Source: Gloeobacterales cyanobacterium (GTDB lineage: Bacteria; Cyanobacteriota; Cyanobacteriia; Gloeobacterales; PMM-0068). From it: a stretch of 64,000 nucleotides of DNA. Position numbers and translations under genes: made by a program. This document shows positions 31,743-41,423 of the stretch, piece by piece; position 1 is the first letter of the stretch, and each line of letters opens with the position of its first letter. Below the pieces are notes generated by a model, which saw only the letters and a program-made list of their open reading frames with translations, searched no databases and had not been told where the DNA came from. Where the stretch lies: the NCBI GenBank assembly GCA_038245785.1, contig JBBRSB010000004.1, positions 32,001-96,000 of the forward strand, written 5' to 3'.

Positions 31743-32870
31743 CTAATACATCTCATACTTGAGAAAAGTACAAGCTAGGGATCCGTTATAGACAGGAATA
31801 CGTCTAGAAGCTTTGAGACCGACTCGTTTGGCGAGCTCTTTATTACCCGTCAAAACAAAGGCGGTCCATCCTTTAAAGCGTTGCTTGAAGATGTCCCCTA
31901 AAGATTTATAGAGGCTTCCCAATTCTTCAGCATTTCCTAGTCGTTCCCCATACGGAGGATTACAAATTAGGATGCCCGTTTCAGTTGGAGCTTCTATATC
32001 CATTAGGCTAGTTTGTGTGAAGATTACCTGGTCGCGTAAGCCACAGAGCGTAGCATTGGTGCGAGCTTGGTCAAGAACTTCTGCATCACTATCACTGCCT
32101 AAGATTGGACTTCCGAACGTAGCACCTTCTCCCCGCGTAGCTTGCTCGGTTAGTTCTTGCCACAGGAGTTGGTCAAAATCAGGCCAGCCAAAAAAGCCAA
32201 AATGCTCACGGAATGATCCAGGCGCGATGTTCAAAGCTTTTAATCCCGCTTCTAAAGGAAGGGTGCCTGAACCACAGAGTGGATCGAGAAAGGGAATTCC
32301 TGGCTTCCATTCCGCTAAATCAAGTAGGGCCGCCGCCAGTGTTTCTTTGAGCGGAGCAGCTCCCATAGCAGGGCGATAGCCTCGGCGGTGAAGACTTTCT
32401 CCAGAGCTATCCAGGCTCACAATACAACGGTCCCGATGGATATGGACATTCACCCGTACATCCGGCAAATGGGTATCGATGCTGGACCGCTCACCCTGAG
32501 TATCTCGCTGCTGGTCTACAATCGCATTTTTAACCTGTAAAGCCGTGAAGTGGGTATGGTTTAACTGGCTGCTGCCGCTACCCGTACAATCCACAGCCAA
32601 GGTATGAATAGGCGTTAGATATTCTTCCCAGTCGATTTTTTGGACTTCTCGGTAGAGCGTTTCTGGATCGGAGCAGGCAAATGCCCGAATAGGAACCAAA
32701 ACCCGAAAGATCAACCTTGCCCAAAGATTCACCCGGTATAAGAGTGCTTTATCTCCTTTGAAATGTACGCCCGTGAAATCCTCCCGGATATCCTTAGCTC
32801 CTAAAGTTTCTAATTCCTTTGCCGCAAGCGGTTCAAGGCCTCGGGCAACGGTGGCAAAGTAAGAATTCAT
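31743..32870 (-). CDS. THUMP-domain RNA methyltransferase (RlmL/YpsC-like)
   Basis: YFATVARGLE, SLHRRGYR, APLKETLAA, DPLCGSGT and NPPYGERL; ATG 32870 preferred as start. Confidence 0.92.
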   Translation of the reverse strand: MNSYFATVARGLEPLAAKELETLGAKDIREDFTGVHFKGDKALLYRVNLWARLIFRVLVPIRAFACSDPETLYREVQKIDWEEYLTPIHTLAVDCTGSGSSQLNHTHFTALQVKNAIVDQQRDTQGERSSIDTHLPDVRVNVHIHRDRCIVSLDSSGESLHRRGYRPAMGAAPLKETLAAALLDLAEWKPGIPFLDPLCGSGTLPLEAGLKALNIAPGSFREHFGFFGWPDFDQLLWQELTEQATRGEGATFGSPILGSDSDAEVLDQARTNATLCGLRDQVIFTQTSLMDIEAPTETGILICNPPYGERLGNAEELGSLYKSLGDIFKQRFKGWTAFVLTGNKELAKRVGLKASRRIPVYNGSLACTFLKYEMY

Positions 32871-32959
32871 GAAATCTATAAACCAGCAGCGTGATCTTGC
32901 TCTCTCACCATAGGGCAAACCTGTTACGCTGGATCTACAACCCAATAACGGAGTAGGTC

Positions 32960-33184
32960 ATGGCACAAGAAGCTTCCTGGCGTGCCGGGGGAAGGTCCAA
33001 ACCAGGGAAAAATAAGTCCCACCACAATACGCCCCGTCGCCATCAGCAGCATATCCAAAAAATTAAGAATGCTGTGAAGCATTTCAAAGACCGCCCAGTT
33101 GAGGGCGGTTTTTTAATGGGTAACTTCCCAGAGTTTGTTGCTGGCCAAGAACGCCACCTGACTGCTATAGCAAGTAATATTTGA
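32960..33184 (+). CDS. Small basic protein with an internal terminator; candidate alternative ribosome rescue factor
   Basis: GGAGTAGG ribosome-binding site, a K/R/H-rich N-terminal 45 aa, and a terminator hairpin inside the ORF. Confidence 0.6.
   Translation: MAQEASWRAGGRSKPGKNKSHHNTPRRHQQHIQKIKNAVKHFKDRPVEGGFLMGNFPEFVAGQERHLTAIASNI
33090..33114 (+). terminator. Intrinsic terminator located inside the 32960-33184 ORF
   Basis: ACCGCCC-agttga-GGGCGGT followed by TTTTT. Confidence 0.8.
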
Positions 33185-33230
33185 AACTCCTATTTGATAA
33201 AATGTAAGATTATTCAGTCTGTTCTAACTT

Positions 33231-34120
33231 ATGCCAACGTATGACCTATACTCAAAGCGAAAAAAGCGAAACCGAGGTGATGTTCCAGAGGTCTTTCAAT
33301 ATGAAAACTTTCCTGATCCTTTTCGTCAGCAGGTAATGCATATATTAATGGATCTATTTCCAGTTCCGGAAAAAAAGAGAGAAGAATACTTCAAGAGGAT
33401 TCACGATATTTTATGCAGAGAGTATGGATTAAAAGAGCTTAACCAGGTAAAAGGCTATAAAGATAGAGTGCAATTTTTTTTATTAAGTTGTGAGGATATT
33501 GAGGTTCTTGACAAGTTCAGTGCTCATTTAAATACTATGAAGATATTAGACAAGATGAATTGTATGAACTGGTAGACAGCTTAAAAGGCAATGATAAACC
33601 TAAAGAAATGAAAGAAGAGCATAGAATAGGCTATCAGCTTGAGTCAGGAAAGATTATTCGTATTGACTCAAAATTTATGCATAGTGAGGTGGTTAAACCG
33701 GCTCTCACTGTCTTGGCTGATAATATGTATAAAGGTGCCAATGATGAATTTCTAAAAGCACATGAGCACTATCGGCATGGCAGGTACAAAGAATGTTTGA
33801 ATGAATGTCTTAAATCTTTTGAAAGCACTATGAAAGCTATCTATACAAAGCGTGGTTGGTCCTATAACGAAAAAGATACTGCACATAGGCTCATTGGTAT
33901 TTGCTTCCAGAACAAGCTGATACCTGATTATCTGCAATCGAAATTTAATTCACTTCAGTCAAGTCTTGAGTCTGGTATTCCAACGGTTAGAAATAGAACA
34001 TCTGCGCATGGTCAAGGCAGTGAAATATCTGAGGTCCCGAGTTATTTAGCTTCCTATTTGTTACATCTAACTGCGACAACCATTCTTCTTCTTGCAGATG
34101 CTGAGAAAGCTTTGCCTTGA
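33231..34120 (+). pseudogene. STM4504/CBY_0614-like (AbiJ-NTD plus HEPN) defence protein, frameshifted near 33512
   Basis: YSKRKK...PEVFQYE..P..FR.Q N-terminus, with C-terminal GANDEFLKAHEHYRHG and RNRTSAHG. The second frame is open upstream (VQCSFKYYEDIRQDELYEL). Confidence 0.75.
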
Positions 34121-34126
34121 TTGATT

Positions 34127-34158
34127 GCCCCCCCGACCCCCCAATTTTGGGGGGAGAA
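34127..34158 (+). repeat. Left 32-bp inverted repeat (internally palindromic, REP-like)
   Basis: GCCCCCCCGACCCCCCAATTTTGGGGGGAGAA. Confidence 0.85.
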
Positions 34159-34199
34159 ACATCCTTGATTCTCTTCAGATGACTGATTAGGTTTGGGCT

Positions 34200-34589
34200 T
34201 TACTTTAGGGCCAGAATTTCAGTCGCCACCTGTGAAATCTTTGCCAGCACTTTGGGGAGATTAGCGAATACCTCTTGATTGGTAAAACGCACTATCTGAT
34301 AGCCATAGGTTTCAAAGTGTTGGGTTCTAGCTGCGTCATATTCTGCTTGTTTATTATGCACTGGGCCATCGACCTCTACAACAAGCCGCACTTGAGCACA
34401 GTAGAAATCAGCGATAAAACGACCGAGGGGATGCTGAGACCGAAACCTCAAACTATTTAGTTGCCGATTTTTTAAAGCAGCCCAAAGTGTTCTCTCCGCC
34501 GCTGTCATATTTCTTCGGTGCCTCTGGGCTGCCGCTTCAATTTCAAGAGTTGTTCCCCGAATTCTGGCAGTTGTCTTAGTTCCATCCAC
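34200..34589 (-). CDS. DUF559 (Vsr-like) endonuclease
   Basis: RRNMTAAE..LW, FRSQHPLGRFIADFYC, VEVDGPVH and RFTNQEV motifs. Confidence 0.93.
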   Translation of the reverse strand: MDGTKTTARIRGTTLEIEAAAQRHRRNMTAAERTLWAALKNRQLNSLRFRSQHPLGRFIADFYCAQVRLVVEVDGPVHNKQAEYDAARTQHFETYGYQIVRFTNQEVFANLPKVLAKISQVATEILALK

Positions 34590-34632
34590 TAATACCTACC
34601 TCACAACACCTCAAAGTTATAACCCTGGTTGC

Positions 34633-34664
34633 TTCTCCCCCCAAAGTTGGGGGGCCGGGGGGGC
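34633..34664 (-). repeat. Right 32-bp inverted repeat
   Basis: Reverse complement GCCCCCCCGGCCCCCCAACTTTGGGGGGAGAA is 30/32 identical to the left copy. Confidence 0.85.
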
Positions 34665-35071
34665 TACTCACCTGCTAATTTCAAAATATGCTGCCAATGC
34701 TCTTCTGAGACAGGCACAACGGATAGACGAGAAATACGCAGCAAGTCAAATCCTTCAAAGGCACTATCTGCTTTAATCTGCTGTAAAGTGACAGGCTGGG
34801 GCAAAGGCCGCGCTGCTCTTACATCCACAACCGCTCTCTTTTCTTCATTCAAACTAGGGTCTGGATAAGGCTCACTGATGACTTCGGCAATGCCCATGGC
34901 TCTTCGTTCATCGCCTGTATGGTAAATGAAGGCAAGATCACCGGGTTTCATTGTACGGATATGTTTGAGGGCTAGATTGTTGTTTACACCATCCCAAATC
35001 GTCTTTTGGTCTTGCTCTAGATCGGCATAGGAATAGACGTGAGGTTCACTTTTTAGAAGCCAGTAGGCCAT
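34664..35071 (-). CDS. EVE-domain protein
   Basis: YWLLKSEP, WDGV.N and RLSVVPV motifs. Confidence 0.95.
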   Translation of the reverse strand: MAYWLLKSEPHVYSYADLEQDQKTIWDGVNNNLALKHIRTMKPGDLAFIYHTGDERRAMGIAEVISEPYPDPSLNEEKRAVVDVRAARPLPQPVTLQQIKADSAFEGFDLLRISRLSVVPVSEEHWQHILKLAGE

Positions 35072-35100
35072 ACACTACCTTCCAGGTCAAACGCTCCCCA

Positions 35101-36669
35101 TTATCGCTTTTTATGGTTTCCCAAGTCGCTGCCGGAGCCATATTCCCAACTATCAATCCAACGATGAGCGAGGTAACGCTGGGCAGGAGGCAGCATAGCG
35201 GTCCATGATTCCAGCGATTTACCCAGGGGATAAAGGGCACTATAGGCTCCCAAGTTTAAGTAATGACCAAGCCAGCCTATTAATGTAGGAAGCCCCACAT
35301 GTTCTACGATGCGGACAATCAAGAGCGGGTCAGCTAAACCTGTCCGAATCATCGTTTGAGAAAGACCAGAGAATTGGACTACATCCTGAAGGAAAGGTTT
35401 TAGAACGCCTTCGCCCAGATATTCCATTTCTCGGAAAACGGTGATCAATAGTTTATTAATCTGGCCTGGGTCCATTTTCTGATGAGTGCCAATGCTCATG
35501 GCCCTTTGGAAGAGCCACGTTACGGCCAGATTTGGTTGGTAGGGCTGTAGCCAGTTCAGAGCATCCCGATTCAGCGCATCACTGTGTAGCGCTTCATCAA
35601 GGCCATTGTTCAAACGTTTGAGATGACGGACCATGGCTCCAAAGCCACCGAAACTAAGCGGAGATTGGTTGCCGCTACTATCTCCAACCGCGAGCACTCG
35701 GTTCCATACACTCCCCAAAGGTCCTGATTTATAGGAGGGGAAAAATCCAAATAGAGCCCGTTGGAACTGTAATTTTTCTACTTCTATATTTTGATAGCGG
35801 GGTAAAAGATTGAGATATTCTTCGAATAAATCTTCCAAACGAGGACGGCTGGGAGCAGCATCGACATAGGTGAATAGATAGGTAGTCCGACCATCTCTCG
35901 CCGGAAAAGCTTCCCAAAAATATTGACACTGTTGTTGGCTGGGAGTAATGGAGACCATTAAGTCTGCCTGTTCATTTTTGGGAAATCCTTGAGCACAACT
36001 TCCTACCACCAGACAGACCCCATCCGGTTTTTGACCTTTGCGGGCCTGATGAACAATCGGAGATAGATGGCCCATAGCATCCAGCAAGAGTCGGGCTTTA
36101 TAGGGTTCACTATTGGCATAGACGGTGACGCCATTGGGATGCACCACAGCTTTCTCAAAAGCGGCGTTTTCCAAAAGTTTCCCGCCGCAAGCTAAGAATC
36201 GAGATTTGAGCAAACTTAGGAGCAGCACTGGGTCCACGCCTACATTCAATACATCTCGCACCCAAACTTCAGGCCCACGGTCAAATTGAATCCGCACCGG
36301 ATTACATTCGGTGACAATCACCTGATCCAATTCTTCCAAAGAGAGTACGTCCAACTCCAAGAACGTATTCATCTCCGCGCGGGAGATATTCCATTCTTGC
36401 TCTCGACCTCGGAGCAGACCGCGTTCCATGAGTGCGACCTTCCAACCCTGATGAGCGAGCGTTGCCGCTATAAATATGCCTAAGGTTCCGCCTGCAACGA
36501 GGACATCCCAATCTGTTGCATCTATAGGCTCTGAGCTTTCGGAGATGACCGGAGAGACGACGGAAGAATCAGAAGCACTGCGCAGGTCTTGCCATAGTTC
36601 ATCAACACGCCGTAGGTTGCCCAACGCATTCCCAGGAAGATTGGAGAGCACTAACTCAGTCTTAGACAT
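35101..36669 (-). CDS. cruP: CruP/CruA-family FAD-dependent (lycopene cyclase-like) protein
   Basis: GGTLG, GREQEWNISR, SPLSFGGFG, YQPNL and PFLQDVVQF; 522 aa fits CruP. Confidence 0.75.
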   Translation of the reverse strand: MSKTELVLSNLPGNALGNLRRVDELWQDLRSASDSSVVSPVISESSEPIDATDWDVLVAGGTLGIFIAATLAHQGWKVALMERGLLRGREQEWNISRAEMNTFLELDVLSLEELDQVIVTECNPVRIQFDRGPEVWVRDVLNVGVDPVLLLSLLKSRFLACGGKLLENAAFEKAVVHPNGVTVYANSEPYKARLLLDAMGHLSPIVHQARKGQKPDGVCLVVGSCAQGFPKNEQADLMVSITPSQQQCQYFWEAFPARDGRTTYLFTYVDAAPSRPRLEDLFEEYLNLLPRYQNIEVEKLQFQRALFGFFPSYKSGPLGSVWNRVLAVGDSSGNQSPLSFGGFGAMVRHLKRLNNGLDEALHSDALNRDALNWLQPYQPNLAVTWLFQRAMSIGTHQKMDPGQINKLLITVFREMEYLGEGVLKPFLQDVVQFSGLSQTMIRTGLADPLLIVRIVEHVGLPTLIGWLGHYLNLGAYSALYPLGKSLESWTAMLPPAQRYLAHRWIDSWEYGSGSDLGNHKKR

Positions 36670-36838
36670 GAAGTAAACATAGAGGACCTGATTCCATTAA
36701 ACATACGTAAGTGAACATAGGCACGATCCCGTAATTTCACTGAAGTTATGGTAATGTTTGTTCAGAAAAGTTGGCGTTTTCTTCAATTTCGGATAAGTCC
36801 CGTGAGATGAGCTTAATTTGGCTGGAGAATAGGCAGCT

Positions 36839-38168
36839 ATGATGTCCGCTCATGAAATTGAGCCAACAGTTTTTCAGAAGTATAGACTTAGACGTTCCAA
36901 TCGAGGGATTGCACTTGCAATAGTGCTGCTTATCTCGGTAGTGGTCTTAGGTGCAGTTGCCGCTACAGCGAGTCTTCTAATAGTGGGGACCGGACGCAAC
37001 CTTATCCAGGATAAAGATACGCTGCAAGCACTGACCTTGGCGGATAGTGGGATTAGTACTTTGCCTGCGCTCACAGAGAACAATCGAGGACTAAATACTC
37101 CCCAGAAATTAACTGATTTTATTAATGGTGGTTCTGATGGAAAATCAGAAACCCTAGAGGATAATCCCTATCCTGTTATAGTGGCAGAGGAGGAGTAGAA
37201 GACCGGGGAAAAGATAATGGCCTGACGAAGGAAGCTTCTATTATTGGTATTCCAGCATCAGTATCCAATCCAACAGCAGAGCCAGGTTTGCCTTCTATGG
37301 TGAGTGGTTCAAGAGTCAAAGTAAAGTTCAAACTCCGTACGGGCGTCAAATCCTCTGAAATTATCAAGGGAACGATTCAAGAGGGAAAAAATCAGAAGAA
37401 AGCGGGTAAACCTACAAAACCAGATGGTTTAAGGCGTGGCACTTCCGACATTCAATGAACAGCGCCATTAATCAAAATGAAACGGATCCACGCTCTCTAT
37501 TCAATCAATATCTTGATATAACTAAGGCCGAATTTGAAAGTGGATTTCAAGAGGAAAAGCTAGACAAAAAAGATATCACGCTCACTAATTTGATCGGTAA
37601 ACACTATTACAGAGGGCTACCTAAGACCTTAAATCTTTGTAGTGCCCGCGATGATTCAGGTAATCTTATCCCTTCCTTAGTCGTGATTGATGCTAGTACG
37701 GCTGATAAGAATGGCAAGGTAAAGCGTAAGCCCATTAAATTTGATGGCAAGAAAAAGCAGGTACCTGTAATAACTGAGGTCGCAGCTACAGGAAGCAATG
37801 ATGATGCCAAGAAAGTAAAGAAAATCGAGAATGATTCAGCAAGCTGCGCTTTTAGAGGCGTGCTCTACGTTATGGGGGACGCTTCCTTTACCAATGATGT
37901 CACCTTTTTTGGAGCCGTTATTGTTGAAGGGGCACCTAAGAAAAAGGATAGATATAGAAAGACGAAAATACAGGGGAAATTTACAGAGCAAATTGACAAA
38001 AATACAGGTGAAGTCCAAAAGACGATGGACCGTCTCCCTATCCTTGCCTATGATCCCGAGGCCGTGGGTTCCGTGCTCGGCGGTGGTAATACGAGTACAA
38101 ACACTTTTAGCAGTGCCACGGTGGGCTCAATATGGCATCCAGTTGTCGGGACATGGAGGCAAAAATGA
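36839..38168 (+). pseudogene. PilX-like minor pilin, broken across three frames
   Basis: RGIALAIVLL and ALTLADSG N-terminus, a start-less middle frame near 37171-37458, and C-terminal FRGVLYVMGD, GAVIVEG, AYDP and GTWRQ. Confidence 0.6.
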
Positions 38169-38977
38169 GCTTTATCTGTCTCCAGAGGCCCCAGAGCTTT
38201 GAAAAGAATAGCCATAGCAAAATAAACACCAGAGACAGTGAGGGATTGACCCTCATTGAAGTGTTGGTCAGTATCACCATGATTGGAATCATAGCGTCCG
38301 TACTAGCTGTGATGTTACCTAGGTTTTTGCAGATGAATAGACAGTCCTCTAGAGAAGAAACTGCTGTGGCAGCTATGCAAGAGATCTCTGAAGACATCAA
38401 GGCTCAGTGGAAAGACTCTGATAGGTATGACGAGAACTCCTATATGGCTGAAAGACCATTGGATCCCAGTAAACCTATTACGCCCATTACCGTTGAAGGA
38501 TTTGAGCCTTTCGATACTTTTGCCCCAAGTACCAAGCGAAAAGAATGTGCGAGTAAGACTACAAAATGTTCCAGCCTTGAGTGGGGAGAACTGGAAGACG
38601 GAGCGGATCCCGACCTTAAAGAGGAGCCTGTGGTTTATCGTCCCCTAACTGATATAGCGCTGGAGAATCCTCCAGAAGAGGTAGCCGATGATCCAGACCC
38701 TGCGGATCCTGATGCCAACAAAAATGCTAATCCCGTGATCACCGCGATAGATGATGGTGAGCCTGATGTTAGAGAACCTGCCGATGAAAAAGAAAAAGAC
38801 CCCAAAGAAGATGAAGACGGGGATGGGTACGAGGACAATGATTCATCTAATGCGACCGTAGCTATACCGAACCGAAAACGAATAAAAATCACGCTAGTGC
38901 CCACAGCAGGATGTACGACTACCCGTGAATGTGCCCCAAAAATCCTGGTTTTTGATATAGGAAGACCCGCGTCCTAG
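38165..38977 (+). CDS. Type IV prepilin-like (PilV-like) protein
   Basis: Prepilin motif G/LTLIEVLVSI; ATGA overlap with the upstream gene; acidic insert and Cys pairs. Confidence 0.8.
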   Translation: MSFICLQRPQSFEKNSHSKINTRDSEGLTLIEVLVSITMIGIIASVLAVMLPRFLQMNRQSSREETAVAAMQEISEDIKAQWKDSDRYDENSYMAERPLDPSKPITPITVEGFEPFDTFAPSTKRKECASKTTKCSSLEWGELEDGADPDLKEEPVVYRPLTDIALENPPEEVADDPDPADPDANKNANPVITAIDDGEPDVREPADEKEKDPKEDEDGDGYEDNDSSNATVAIPNRKRIKITLVPTAGCTTTRECAPKILVFDIGRPAS

Positions 38978-39027
38978 GTGGGTATAGTAATGACAGCTAC
39001 GATGACCTGCTGGGTAGCTTAGAGCCA

Positions 39028-39501
39028 ATGAACTTTTTTAAGAAGAGCCAATTCAGAATAGTGATTCCTCTGGTAGCCATGGCCAGTGTGCTCTTGGGTA
39101 TAGGCATATATTTTTATCAGCAGCGAGAGGTTTTCTCAGAAATTTCCAGCTTCACGGCACCGTCCACAGCACAACCGACACAACCCGAAGCAAAATTGAC
39201 GGCTTCCCAACCTCTACCTCAACGCCCTCAAACCTCTGAACCACGGCGAGAAGAGCCTTCTTCAGCAAAGACTCCTCTGACCACTCCTCCCACCTATGAG
39301 GAGCCCAAACCAGAAGAACTCCGTAAACTGTTGCCTGAAGAAATACGGGGTGCCATTGTCAAAGAAGGGGGTTATGTTTTGACTACCTCTTTCGGGGCTA
39401 AATGGTACGTGACCGAGGCTCAGGTCGAACAGATGCCTTATGAGCAGCAGATTCTCATTGACTACGGCAGGTACAAGCGCGAAGACCTTGAAAAGCCATA
39501 A
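39028..39501 (+). CDS. Hypothetical single-TM protein with a Pro-rich linker
   Basis: N-terminal hydrophobic helix and a P/T/E-rich region. Confidence 0.7.
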   Translation: MNFFKKSQFRIVIPLVAMASVLLGIGIYFYQQREVFSEISSFTAPSTAQPTQPEAKLTASQPLPQRPQTSEPRREEPSSAKTPLTTPPTYEEPKPEELRKLLPEEIRGAIVKEGGYVLTTSFGAKWYVTEAQVEQMPYEQQILIDYGRYKREDLEKP

Positions 39502-39569
39502 GTCAAAAACAGTAAGAGCAGTCACCATAAAATAAGTGCTATGTCTTTTCCTCCTTTCTTCATACCTTC

Positions 39570-40082
39570 ATGACCCTAAATATCTGCCTTCAGAGTGTGC
39601 TGCCCATCCCTATTCCTGAGGAACAATTGCAGGCATGGTTCAGTCTTTGGTGGCAGCAACTGGGAGAGGGAGACTTTATCCTAATTTCAAAGCCTGAAGA
39701 AGCAGAACTGACCGTCCGTTTTACCGATGATGCTGAGATACAACAGCTAAACCGGACATACCGGAATAAGGATGAACCAACAGACGTCTTGTCCTTCGCC
39801 GTCCTTGAAGATGAATTGTTTCCAAGCGATATGTATTCTTTATCACAAGAACCCCAGTATTTGGGCGATATTGTAATATCAGTTCCATACGCTAGCAGAC
39901 AATCTCAAAGCAAGGGGCATTCTTTACAAGAGGAGTTGATATGGTTAAGTATCCATGGGCTATTACACCTACTGGGGTGGGACCACCAAGAGGATGAATC
40001 CTTTACGGTCATGATCTATCGTCAACATCAACTGCTAAAAGCTACAGCCCTCAGTTACCCCCATTCCCATGCCCCCAACTAA
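39570..40082 (+). CDS. ybeY: rRNA maturation RNase YbeY
   Basis: PTDVLSF, LGDIVIS and HGLLHLLGWDH motifs. Confidence 0.96.
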   Translation: MTLNICLQSVLPIPIPEEQLQAWFSLWWQQLGEGDFILISKPEEAELTVRFTDDAEIQQLNRTYRNKDEPTDVLSFAVLEDELFPSDMYSLSQEPQYLGDIVISVPYASRQSQSKGHSLQEELIWLSIHGLLHLLGWDHQEDESFTVMIYRQHQLLKATALSYPHSHAPN

Positions 40083-40491
40083 GACCTCTACTAAAATCCC
40101 TGCACGCCGCTCGTGGCAGGTAGCCCACACTCTACAAATTAGCTTTCAATATGCCTGGGCAGGTGTCCTCTACGCCACCGCCACCCAGCGCAACTTTCGT
40201 GTACATCTTGGAGTAGGCGCCCTTGCCGTAGCTCTAGGAATTATCTTGAGGATTACTCCTCTAGAGTTCGCTGTGGTTGGGATCATGATTGCCTTCGTCC
40301 TGACCATGGAATTGCTGAATACAGCCGTTGAAGCCATGGTAGACCTTGCCATTGGGGAGCAGTATCATGAACTCGCGAAAATTGCGAAGGATTGTGCGGC
40401 TGGAGCTGTACTGATTTCTTCCATTGGAGCCATGTTCGTCGCTGGCTGGATCCTGCTGCCACCGCTCGTGCATTACATTGCGCATCCTTAG
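40069..40491 (+). CDS. dgkA: Diacylglycerol/undecaprenol kinase
   Basis: SFQYAWAG, ELLNTAVE and AKIAKDCAAGAV motifs. Confidence 0.93.
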   Translation: MPPTKTSTKIPARRSWQVAHTLQISFQYAWAGVLYATATQRNFRVHLGVGALAVALGIILRITPLEFAVVGIMIAFVLTMELLNTAVEAMVDLAIGEQYHELAKIAKDCAAGAVLISSIGAMFVAGWILLPPLVHYIAHP

Positions 40492-40550
40492 TGCTGCCAG
40501 TTATCTCAGAATCGGCTATGCTGGGATCACTAAATTATTAAGTTTTGCAA

Positions 40551-41423
40551 ATGGATTGTGCCATCAATCGTCGGGCGAAGTTTAGCGCCTCCCATCGCTA
40601 CTGGTTGCCCACCCTGACCGAAGCTGAAAATCAAGCGCGATTTGGGCTGCACTGTCGGCCCCACGGTCATGGCCACAACTATGTCCTATTCGTCACGATG
40701 CCTGGTGTGGTGGACGAAGCAGGCATGGTTCTGAACCTCTCTGAGGTGAAGCATGTGATTCGCGAATATGTTACGGACCCTCTGAATCTGTCTTTTCTCA
40801 ACGAAGCTTGGCCTGAATTCGGCCAGACGCTGCCAACTACAGAATTTATTGCCTATACGATCTGGCAAAAACTTGCCCCCCATCTGCCTTTACAATCTAT
40901 CGTCCTCCATGAAGACGAAGAACTCTGGGCTGAATACCGAGGAGAATCTATGCACGCATATCTAACCGTAGGTAGCCACTTTGCAGCGGCCCACCGCCTT
41001 GCCCGTGAAGACTGGAGCTATGAGCATAACTGCGAAATCTATGGTCTATGTGCTCGTCCCAATGGTCACGGCCACAACTATGGCGTGGAAGTGACAGTTC
41101 GAGGAGAAATAGACTCCGAAACAGGCATGATTGTGGACTTGGTCAAACTTCAGCAAGTCATTGATCAGCAGGTTCTCAAACCTTTTGACCATACATTTCT
41201 GAACAAAGATGTAGCCTATTTTGCCAGGACAGTCCCCACTGCAGAAAACATCGCGCTGCATATTGCTGAACTTTTGCAGGCTCCTGTAGCAGCCTTGGGA
41301 TGCCAACTCTATCGCATCAAACTGACAGAAAGCCCCAACAATTCCTGTGAAGTAGTGCTACCGATCGAGGCCCCGCAGGAGAGCCCGGCACGGAGCAAAA
41401 CTGAGGCGGTGTTGGTCGGTTAG
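40551..41423 (+). CDS. queD: 6-carboxytetrahydropterin synthase (tandem PTPS domains)
   Basis: Two copies each of F.A.HR and HGHNY, plus PTTE and PTAEN. Confidence 0.9.
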   Translation: MDCAINRRAKFSASHRYWLPTLTEAENQARFGLHCRPHGHGHNYVLFVTMPGVVDEAGMVLNLSEVKHVIREYVTDPLNLSFLNEAWPEFGQTLPTTEFIAYTIWQKLAPHLPLQSIVLHEDEELWAEYRGESMHAYLTVGSHFAAAHRLAREDWSYEHNCEIYGLCARPNGHGHNYGVEVTVRGEIDSETGMIVDLVKLQQVIDQQVLKPFDHTFLNKDVAYFARTVPTAENIALHIAELLQAPVAALGCQLYRIKLTESPNNSCEVVLPIEAPQESPARSKTEAVLVG

